This document shows positions 11,294 to 22,302 of a stretch of DNA of 64,000 nt, in pieces (positions within the stretch are counted from its first letter, which is position 1; each line of letters opens with the position of its first letter). Location: the NCBI RefSeq assembly GCF_902459465.1, contig NC_047063.1, positions 8,246,001 through 8,310,000 of the forward strand. The letters run 5' to 3'. This stretch comes from Asterias rubens. Its lineage: Eukaryota. Below the pieces are notes generated by a model, which saw only the letters and a list, made by a program, of their open reading frames with translations, made no database searches and was not told the origin of the DNA. Position numbers and translations under genes: made by a program.

Positions 11294-14200
11294 CCATTTG
11301 TGTAATTTGACAAAAAGAAAAAGAAGCGGGAACAAGTTAACAACAACTTCAAATAGCGCCTTAGCCATGTTAGTGCAATAAGATTGTATTGGTGTATTGA
11401 TATAGACAGTGGAAGGGACTGTGCAAGTCTAATGCGTATCCAAACATTAAGTTAAAGCCAGACTTGTGGATCTCATGGCACTTTCTTGGCTGGGCCACAA
11501 AAACAATTTCTAAGTTCACTTTATATTTAATTTTACAAACTATTGACGATTTTACTTTAATGTGATGCTTATTCCACTCAGCATTTTAGAGATGAAATTT
11601 TAAAACCATAAATAGTTTGCCTCAGTACAGACATGACTGCCTGTAACTTAAATAAATTATTTTAAAAAGTTACGTTGTTTATTTGCAGAGTGCTGCTTTA
11701 CGTGTTTGTTTTGCGTTAATTCAAGGCATCTTTTCCAAGTTATGATGAGGACCCAATTTCATGAAGCTGTTTCAAGCAGAAAGATCTGCTGATTAAATTT
11801 CTTTGCTAAGCAATAATGAGTAGGGTGCCAGTCGTAGCCAGGGTGACTGTATAGTATTCTGACTGGGAACCTATTTTTGCTTTATCAAATTGGGCCCTGT
11901 GTAAAAATTGACCAAAGTCGTATCCGAAATTGGCGGCTACGGCTTACAGCTATGGTTAGATTTCCAGTTCATTCTGTGTTGGAGTGCTGTACAGCAACAC
12001 TCTTATCAGTGAGTTTAAGCTGTTGCCGCAAATTTGAATATTAGTTCATCTGAGGTTCAAATGTTAGTCATTTTTATTTATTTACTAATTGACAAGATGT
12101 GGATGACTCAGGCCTACTGATTAGCTGTAAGAAAACAAAAACTAGTCCTCTCAATGTTTTTCCTTCTTACATCCTGAACGATATACAGTCTCATACCAAA
12201 ACTTGTTCGAAGGACTAGGTCTTCTCTACTGATACTGTTGCTATGGTATCGTTAATATGCCACATTAATTTATTATGACTTAATCTTGTTTTCTCTGATC
12301 ACTTTTGTTTTTATTCACACATATTAAGCACACCCTACTTTTGCTGTATAAGTATTTTGATTTTTTTTCTGAACATATATGATGTGAAGTTGGCAATATT
12401 TATTATAATTTGAATCTTTCTTTTTTATTAAAAGAAACAAAAGTATATCTGATTTTTGTTGTTGATTTCATTTTATAAAAGATTAAATGTTTTTTGATAT
12501 GTGCTGCTGGCCAGATGTTATGTGGTGACAAACTTGTTCAAGATCTCACAAAATAATTAGCAGAGAACTAAAGTAGTTGGGTGCACTGAAGCGAACATGC
12601 AGATATTTGTTTAAATCAAAAATTTATCTTCCTCTGGTAGTTAAGCAAAAATTGCTTCCCTGTGGGGTAAAATGTTTACAAGGACATTTTGTTTGAAAAC
12701 ATAAGAAGGTGGCAAAATTGGTTGCTATGGTTATGGCTAGATTTCTGCGTCATGCGTTGAAGTATGGTACTCGTGGTGATAAGAACAAATTGGTGGAACA
12801 AATTAGATAAAACACGGTAAGAACACGGCTAAAAAAGTACATAAATAAATAAAAGTAGAAAACATGAAATTAAAAATTATTCAGTATTCTGAAACGTATT
12901 TGGATTGGTCTGGGAAATGGTTTTACAAGCATTTTGTATGAAGGGTGTTTGTTCAGAGGGGAACCATTATGTTGTTAATAATTCGTTCACAACCCAGCAG
13001 CCCGTTGTATAACAACTGCCACAGCGGGCAAGAGATTTGATTTTAAAAATCTTAATGTTTGCCTCAACAAGTTAGAGGAGTTTACAGTTTTTTTTGTGCA
13101 TTTTTCAAATATTTGTTGTTTGTTTGTTATTTTTTCATGTTTATAACTTTGGGCCTTTATTGGAAGCGTTCTTTTAATGAGTTTAACAGTTGGTGTTCAT
13201 TGTAGTTGAGTGATTCCAGAGGGTGCTTTTTAACCTTTTAAAAATTAATTGTATGTAGAAGTCACAACTTGAGGATTCAGACATAATCTTGGTATCTTGA
13301 TAACTTTTGGAGGTATGTTTTCATTTACAAAATAGATTTCTGTAATTTTCTCCTCTCAATTTTCTCTCCAGACACATTTCATCTTGAATCTTGTCATAAT
13401 CATCTTCCTTTGTTAATTTCTGAGAGCTGCTTAAGCACAACAAATATGCTAAGCACAACAAAATTATGCTTACATGTAACATTTGTGAATGGTGTACTAT
13501 GTCACTTATAACAGTTGTGATTGGTGTCCTGCTCATTTCTGCAAAGCAGGAAACTCTCAAGCAATATTTTCTGCTTGAGCAGCTCTATAAAATTGGGCCC
13601 AGTACTGTGCAGAAACCTAGTACTGTGCAGAAACCTGTAGTGTACACAGGTGCATCAGTATTAAAGTGTTAACAAAATGAATTCTTTACAAATATTAAGG
13701 AGAAATATCAAATCTTTCACTAAATCGGTTGGTACTTACTTAACAGCAAAATACACAACAAATCAAGTGTCGCACTGCTGGAATAATTACTATAAATCAG
13801 ATACCTGTTAAGCAGAAAATGTACCACTTAGCAAGTTTGCCAAGTCTATACAAGTAAATACCAGGTAGAAAACAGGACGTGGGAGAAATGACACTGGAAC
13901 TATTCTGAAACATATTCCAGAAAGTTTTTCTGATTAGAGAAGTAGACTATGTCGTTTCTGAAATACACATCGCTGGTTGAGCAGCGAAAGAAAAAACAAA
14001 CATTCCATTTTACATTTTACTGCATTTATTATACTTTATATTAAAAACTATATAAACAAATAAGTAAAAAAAAACATTTGTGGATAGATGTTTAGTATTT
14101 GATGAGAATTATTGGTAAATCTAGGTGGTGATGAGCTTTCATTTATAGAGGATTTGTTGAAAATAAGCTAAGTCATTCTATTTACAGTGAGTCTATAAGT

Positions 14201-16199
14201 TTCTGTTGCTCAAAGCTGTTGCTACTTCCTTATTTACATGTTTGCGAACATCTGAGATCAAAGTCAGGTTTGTTTCCATCGGGGCCAGATTCATGGCTCT
14301 GCTTATTCGATGAATTCTGCGCTTACGATCATCAATTTTCGCTTACAGGTCAAGCGCTAAATTTCTGCTTAAGCTGTGTAAGAGAAGAATGCCTAGAAAA
14401 GTAGAGAATGCATTGGCACATGCACAAATTCTCTGCTAACCTGTGAAATAAGGGCAGAATTCCCTGCTTTTGTTAACAAGCAGAGCCATGCAGGGCCCAG
14501 TTTCATAAAGCTTAGCAAATGTCCAGACTGAGCAAGAAGTGGTGTTCTGGCTGGTTACTTACTTTTTCTTAGCACACGTTTTTGGTGCTAAGTAAGTTTG
14601 TATGCTTACAGGCTTGATGAAATTGAGCCAAGATGGATTCTCTGTGCTGTAACAGGAAACACACTCAAAAAGATACCTGTGTTTGGTTTAAAAACAAAAA
14701 GACAAAATTTCAGAAATTTGTTTTGAGAAGTTGCTATCAAATGCCTCATGAGTATGTGTGGTATTCTTATCATTGCATTCATTGCTCGTCGGTTTTTACC
14801 TAACAGCTACTAGCCATTACTGAACACCGCCGGCTAATCACACTGTACAGAATTTGATGTTTCTTTGTTAATCGTTATTGTTCAAGAGATTTTTTAATCC
14901 ACAAACTTTAGAGTTAGTGTTGAATTTTGAAAAAAGTGTTTCAAAACCGCTGTTTCTGATTTTTACAGACGGTGTTTGTGTTGAATCTTCCACTGCCCTA
15001 CAAATGTGCGGCTATTTTTGGGGTTTTAATGATAAAGGCAGAAATGAAAGGAATTTGTCATTATTATTATTTTTATTTTTTCAGATAGAAATATTTATCC
15101 ACCTGGCTATTTTTATTTTTTAATTGTACACTGGTTTTAGTTGAAAAACAAATGTGCTCAAAATTGTGAAACTTTCTTTGGGGGTCAAATTTCTGACTCT
15201 TAGAAAAATACACTTGAATGTAAAATGTAAGTGACGCATCTTGTAGTTTTGACAGAAAAACGGGTCCCCTCTCTTCAACTGTTAATTTATTTCTGACCTG
15301 TTGTGATTCACAAGGGCACCAGTCTATGAAGGTGCTAGCCTCCTGTCGAGTCATATTTACACTTTAAAAAACAAAAAGACAGTTGATGCGAAAATATAAA
15401 TGGTGATCGCTTAGATGCACTCTCCACTGACTTCATTTAATTAAAAAAAAAAGACCTAAGAAATAATTTAAGTATGCCCTCAACGCCATAAAAACACTAG
15501 CCTTATGTATATATTATTTGTTTTTTAGAAGCCAGGTTGGTGAAAGCTTAAATCAGTAGAATGTTATTTTATTATGTACATTTTGAGCCACATCAGAGTT
15601 GGAGTCGTACATAGCATTTATTATGTTTAAAGAGGCATGTTCATTTTGCGGTATACAAATTTGCCGATGTTTGTTTAGAAAATTATATATTTAAATGTTA
15701 TCTTAAATATTGTGGATAAAAAAAAAAGTGATTGTGAATAAACCAGTTTATCAATTTAAAAATCACAGTCCAGAGTTGTGTTATTTCTTTATAATTTCAG
15801 CCTTTAATTTTGCCAGACTTTTTCCTAACTGCCCAATTGTATCGCAGGAAATCCAGACCGATTGTTGGAATACCGGAACTGAGAATCATTTATCAGTTTT
15901 CTAGTGCATTGAAGGACAATTTAGAGTAAACAAAATGTAACATTGTAGAGACTTCTGTACTTTGGCCTTCAAAAGTTGCACAGGCACATCTATTTGTACC
16001 AAAATTAAAAGTAAATTTATTGTATTGCTCTTAGTCTTGGGTGATGTAAAGCTTCTAAAAGTTCTCTCTAAGATAATATAATTATTATGTATTTTCCCCC
16101 TTTGATCATGAGAACAAATGCCGTCTGCTCACCACATGTGGTGCAACATTTTATATGGCAATTAATGACAATGACACATCGCTTGTATTGTGTTTAACC

Positions 16200-16485
16200 A
16201 TGGAATTTATTCGTCCATGGTATAACCGTTCACTCAGTCAATCGTTGAACGTTGTATTTCTCAGTAATTATTCATATCACTTCATAAATATGCAACACAA
16301 CGTCACGCGTATTGACCAATCACTGTGCTCGTCAATTATCACGAACCTGCTTCTGTACCGTGCATCTCATTACTTGCTCATTGAGATATGCATGCAATAT
16401 CATCACAGCCGGCCTAGCACTCGAGGAGATCAAACGCCATTTTTGTTTTTTCCTTGCGACAAACTTCAAAATATACGGGGTGAAA
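16200..16485 (+). promoter_or_regulatory. Putative promoter/5'UTR of the secreted peptide gene
   Basis: Local CpG enrichment, with an ACGTCA CRE half-site at 16300-16305 and CCAAT at 16316-16320, upstream of the ATG at 16486. Confidence 0.45.
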
Positions 16486-18951
16486 ATGAAGCACATCTCG
16501 GCAGCACTGCTGCTCTCCGTACTGCTGTTTCACGCTGTCCTCGCTGATGCATTAAAGGTTCGTTTTGTGGGACAAATTTTCTTTTTAAAGTGCACATTTC
16601 CGTAAATAAGACTAAAAAGGAAGGAATCCATATTTTGTATTTGATGAGAATATTTTTGTAGCTTCTAATTCTTACCTATTCGACCTTGACGTGAAGATGT
16701 TCACATTTTGTTTCACACACATATTCTGTGAACTAGGTTCTTATTAATTTTGGTTTTTACCCAGACACCGATGTGTGTTAGCACTGTATACTCAGTATTT
16801 TCCTAAGTCCTGTGGAAAAAAATTCACAGGCATATTACATGGGTGGGATTCGAACCCACGACCCTTGCAATTTTAAATATATGTAAATAAATTAAATAAA
16901 AATAATAACTATAATAATAACAAAATACAAAAAATAAATAAACTCATTAATTAATTATTAAAACATAATCAACAACAAACAGACAAATTATATGTAGGCC
17001 TAAATGTTAATCAGTGTTCTTGTCCACTGATTCAATTAATTTGAAAGACGTCAGAGATAACCAAATCAGCCATTCATGCAGCTAACAATGATCCACCTGC
17101 TTTTATTAATTTCACTATAGTGGTTTTGTTTTATTGGAGATCAGTTTGGATATTTGGCCAAAATTGCAGGGTTGATACCAATTGTTCTAACAAATGCAAT
17201 ATTCAAATAAGTGTATTCTAAACTAGTATGAGAAGTGGTACATCAATGTTTGGAGAAGAAAAAACCCCACCCAATTTAATCATTCCAATATGGAAACATT
17301 TTGTATGATTAAAAAAGTAAATTCCACAAAATAAAGCTCAGTTTCTTAAGATCAAAGCTTCACTTTTCATTTGTAGCTTATTTGATGCTCAAAAGCCATA
17401 GTTTTTGGTACTAAAACTTAAAGGCAATGGACACTATTGGTAATTACTCAAAAAAATTATCAAGTTTAGAATTTGAGGTCTCGAAATCAAGCATCAGAAA
17501 GCACACAACTTCGTGTGACAAGGGTGTTTTTTCTTTCACTATTATCTTGCAACTTCGACAACTGATTGAGCTCAAATTTTCACAGGTTTGTTATTTTATG
17601 CGTATGTTAAGATGCACCAACTGTGAAGACTAGTCTTTGACAATTACCAATAGTGTCCACTGTATTTTATATGGTTTATTCATTTGATATTGTTTGCATA
17701 ATGGCCAGATTTAAAATTGGGCTTGGTGGGCAGTTAATGCAGATAATGCGGTCAAAATACGCCTCAATAATCACTTGTCCTGTCCATAGGGATTTGGTTT
17801 AAAATCTATTAAGTCTCCTTTAATCCATCTAAAGCTATTTCATTATTAAATCATTATCTTATTCAGATTGGTAAAGTATGTACTTTCTGTGTTGTTTTTA
17901 TGTGAATCAATTTATAATTAATAGAAACCTATATAATAGAAACCTTTATATCGTATTTCCACCATGCAAAGTTTCAAATCCTACTAATAGAAACCTGTTT
18001 TGGATTTAATCGGGCAGGCTAGTTGAAATCTTGAAACCAATTAAGAACTCACTCCGCAGCAGTGAAGTTAATAAAGAGAAGTCCCCTCGATCCACTAGGC
18101 AAAAGTAGTAGTCCCAGTCGGTTTCCTACCTTTCACCCAGATTGTTAATAAGCAGGACAGCTCTTCTCAGAACTAAGTAGTTTCCCGAATCCCGAAAATC
18201 TATTCCGCAGTAATCAGGTAGTAGAATAAATGACAAGACAAGTTCTCAAGAACAAATCTTCATAGCAAAGTACACATGGTGTTACTGTGAACTGAATAAA
18301 ATACATCGATAAAGCATGCATGCAACCCATTCCTACCTGATACAGTCAAACATGCCAAACAGCGCTGATGCACAGTAACAAATTTCATGAGGACCACATA
18401 AACATTAACAGGACTTGAGAGGGAAAAAGCCTACTAACAGGTTTTGGCAACTCTAAACTCTTATACATGAAGCTCTTATACATACATAATGTGGATTTGA
18501 ACCCTGGCCTGATCAATCATGACACTTGTGTCCTTGAGCAAGGCACTCTATCATAATTGCTTCTCTCCATCCAGGAGTACAAATGTTATAAATGACGAGC
18601 CATAATAATTGGCTTTTGGGAAAGACTTTACTTTCTTATAAACATGTACATAGTGTTAGAGGCTGGTATTGTTGTCGGATTTGCCATGATCTTACAACGA
18701 TCCCATCTTCTTTCTACTAGGACAAAACCTTAGACAAAGATCTCCTGGAGCGAACCCGACGGGCCGTTGCCCACCAGGGTCTTATCAATCCTGCCGATTT
18801 GAGGATGCTGAAGGTCCGACGAACTGATCCGTATCGTCGCGCTCCTCGCATGAAGAGATACCGCAGAATGGCGGAGGACCCCGAGATGTTCAAGAGGGGA
18901 CCAAAGAGCGAGAAGTACATCACAAGAGTGAAGAAAATTGTCAAATCTTAA
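16486..18951 (+). CDS. Uncharacterised secreted cationic prepropeptide, 100 aa (signal peptide, acidic pro-region, multiple dibasic sites)
   Basis: Exon 16486-16557 (MKHISAALLLSVLLFHAVLADALK, donor GTTCGT) joins in phase 0 to exon 18721-18951 (acceptor tttctactag; DKTLDKDLLERTRRAVAHQGLINPADLRMLKVRRTDPYRRAPRMKRYRRMAEDPEMFKRGPKSEKYITRVKKIVKS*). Both exons are GC-richer than the AT-rich flanks. A CpG-rich promoter-like region lies upstream. Confidence 0.78.
17422..17666. mobile_element. Internally deleted copy of the Kolobok-like MITE, in the intron of the secreted peptide gene
   Basis: Same TIRs, shorter body. Confidence 0.75.
18030..18290 (-). repeat. Unclassified dispersed repeat; related copies at 5420-5720 and 63730-63990 (+)
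   Basis: Shared GAGAACTTGTCTTG..TTATTCTACT and GGGGACTTCTC..TTCACTGC.GC.GAGTGAGTTCT blocks. Confidence 0.65.
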
Positions 18952-19632
18952 AACAATGATCTTTCTTATTGATATGGTGAGTAAGATGAGATGCTGTTTA
19001 TGAAGGGTGGGTTGGGTCTCTTTTCTGTAAACTTAGATGATGGTCTCAAGTCTTTAAATAAGTTTTCTCAGTTTTGTTTTGACATTCTGCATACTACAGC
19101 AAAATTTCGAGAAAGAATCTGCGAAACTTTGGGCCATTAATAATTGTATGCACAAATTTGGGTTCAACTTGTTTTATTTTATCTTTTTGTTCTTCTGTCC
19201 TTTATTCCTAGTTCAAGTAACAATTTGGATTTTCTTGGGCAGAAACTCTGAACAGAACAAACTGCCATACTCTTGCTACTTGTGACTACGCCAGTTGGGA
19301 TAGAACCAAATCAATCATCACCTCTGCAATAGAGCTGGAATATCACTGAACACCATTTACCTCCCAACTACCAATTCGGCACGGACTACAATCATGGAGT
19401 TTGAATCAAACTAGTCAAATAATCACAACCAAAAATGTTCTATTTAACAATAACTCTACTTATATTGTAAAATCCAGAAAATAAAACGGAGGCAATGATA
19501 TTGTATTGGTTTTTCAATTTTTACTCAAGGGGTTGAATGCATATTGTACATAAATTACATAAATGATAACACTTCAAATTTAAATAGTTTGTATCTTTTT
19601 AAATCTATGTTGAAATTGTACCTTGTTCTTAA

Positions 19633-19970
19633 AGGGAGGGTATGCCTTTCATAAAAACTCACTTGGTTGAAAGCAATGCAGCTGTTGATAATGTATAATA
19701 TTTTGAGAAATTTTTCAGGAACGTGGTGCGGGAGAAAGGGATGCAAACAAAATCAATCTGAGAAACACTTTATGCATGAAATGTTTCTCAGATTTTTTTA
19801 ATTATTTACAGATTATGTTTCCTGGGACATAACAGCTACAGATTTTTGGCGATATTTTAAAAACAAAACCACCTTTGAAAATTAAATTCTTGCAGGTTAG
19901 TTTTACTGTATCTTTACACTTATATAGGAATATAACAACTGAACAGTTCCGAAAACCAAACGTACACTTT
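19633..19970. mobile_element. Diverged TTAA-flanked MITE
   Basis: TTAA at 19629-19632 and 19971-19974, with degenerate TIRs. Confidence 0.55.
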
Positions 19971-21334
19971 TTAAAGGTGCAAACAAATTCATTGGTGCAG
20001 TGAGGTGATGCACAACTCTTAACATTTTAGTTGATGTCAAAATATATACATGTAGTAGAGCTTTGTACTGACTTTAATAATATAAATAAATAAAGTATTT
20101 ACTAAAAGCTATTTGACATACTGTCTAAATTCTTAGGAACACTGATAATCATCAGAGTTGTTCGTAGTAAGTTACTCTCCAAGAAAAATAAGTCATTGTC
20201 AAAATAATCAGTTACAAATTAAAACTTGGTGTATAATTCAAGAAATGCATGTTTTGGTGCAATGTTCAATTTTACATTCCAGGAGCTGGATACAAGGCCT
20301 TCGGTTTTTTTTAAACACAGTAATTTGTTTGAACCAATTTTGTTTTTATTCCATCCAAATGGAACAACGATTTACAAATCAAGTCTTGGGATTGAGTCTT
20401 TCTACTGTGTTTATAACATTTATCTCATCTCTTCATTTTGATAAGCTAACACAATTTCTGTCTACCCCAAGACCTCATTTGTTTCATAATTAATTATTGT
20501 ACATTTAGATCATATACTTTACAAGTATATCATTGGCGTATCATGTATTAAATTGGTGGTAACATCTACATGGTACTTTTTAAGAAGTCTGGATACTTTG
20601 ACAAAATTAAACTATTTCTTCAAAGCTTACAAACAATGGACCCATTCTTATAAAGCTGTTAAGCAGAAACAGAGATTGGCAAGTTCTTCTGCTGGGCCAA
20701 AATGATCAGGGAACCACCAGTCACAAACAACATTATATTTTGGCTTGTTATCAACTTAACCTAAGCAAGATTTTGCTGTGCCAAGAGTTGTTTTGTGTTT
20801 GGGGTGGTGTTTAGCAGCTTTATGAAAGCAGGCCCTTTTTGGAGTTATTTCTATGATGAAATTGCAAAACAGTCATGCTTACTGTTACAATAAAATGTAT
20901 TTATTTATGGAACTTTTAGAAATTAACAATCATGTACACAGAGATATGGATTAAGTAGACTGTTTTTGTTTCACATATCAAACAACAATTATCCCAAAAA
21001 CTTGTAGTTCAACTTTGTCAATCTAATAATCAATGCGGTCTGTGTCATAACAGAAGAAGATCAAACTAAAAACACTCTAGTAAGATAATATGAAATACCA
21101 GAACTTTTTTGGTTCATCAGATGCAGAAGATGCAAGTCATCATTTTGTTTGTTTTTGAGATTCAACAATTTAAAAGAAAAGTATTTATATTGCAAAGTAT
21201 GTTTTAATAACTTATTAATCATAAACTACATTTTAATATAATAAATTATGGGGATAAAAATGACAATTTCTGTTTCAAATGAGTTTGTATTTTAGAGAGA
21301 GGTTTCAATCACAAAAAGTCAATAATATACACAT

Positions 21335-21473
21335 AATGAATGTTTATGAGTGCAATGGTGCGAATATGTTCATGAGTTGAAAGGTGGAATGTTCGGAGCC
21401 GAGTTGAATGGAACATTCCAGCTTTCAACGAATGAACAAATTCGCACCATTGCACGAATGAAAAACATTCATT
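21335..21473. repeat. About 140-bp imperfect palindrome (terminus of a non-autonomous element)
   Basis: Arms AATGAATGTTT..GTGCAATGGTGCGAAT..GTTGAAAG.TGGAATGTTC and their reverse complement. Confidence 0.8.
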
Positions 21474-22302
21474 ATTTTTTTTATATAACATCCAAGTAGA
21501 TCTTTGTCATTTTGATTGAAAGATACAACTTTCAAAACAAACAATTTCAACTGTAGAAGCCGAATGCTAGTAATTTTACTATGCCTTCTTGCAGTAACAC
21601 CTGCTGTGTTACCAAAGACACGCGCACGCAGTGATGTTTTTACTCGGCTTTTTCGTTCCATCCGAAAAGTACCATTGCACGCTGCCAGCGTGCAATGGTA
21701 CTTTTAGGATGGAACGAACAAGCACGGTGAGTGACTCAGAGTGCAGTGGTACTTTTATTTGCTATCACGTGACGGACAATCCTCCAATCAAATGGCAAGG
21801 ATCTGCTTGGGTGTTATATAATACTTTTTATTTTGTATAAAGTAACAATTGTTTACATAAATTAGAACTCTAAAACAAGAACTCCCTTTAGTTATTACAC
21901 CTACTAACTGTTCTCAAAACATGTGAACAGCTGACAATGAATCATGCAGACAAACAGTTTCAAATGTAAAATGAAATTCAAGAAACTCTTAACATTTTAA
22001 AGTTTTTAATCTTGGCAACAGCCTGCTATAGTAACTGTCAACACTTTAAAAGTTTCCTCCCCAAAAATGTACAGTGTCTCTGCTTGCTGCCGAATACTGC
22101 GCTGACGGCGCCCTCCCAAGCTAACAATTCTATCGGTTGAAGCGCAGAATTCCATTGTAAGCAGAGGCATGCAATATAGCAGAATGATGATTCATAATTT
22201 CAATAGTTTGTCATCTATTTATTTGCTAAAGTTTTGACCAAATGAGACTATCAGTTTATGTTCAGGTGACATGTTTTACTCGTAAGTTTAGAACATTTGA
22301 TA

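Noticed and set aside
13321-13560. 79-aa minus ORF with a hydrophobic stretch
   Set aside because: The hydrophobic part derives from a MITE end (GCTTAAGCACA..GCTAAGCAC); no gene structure.
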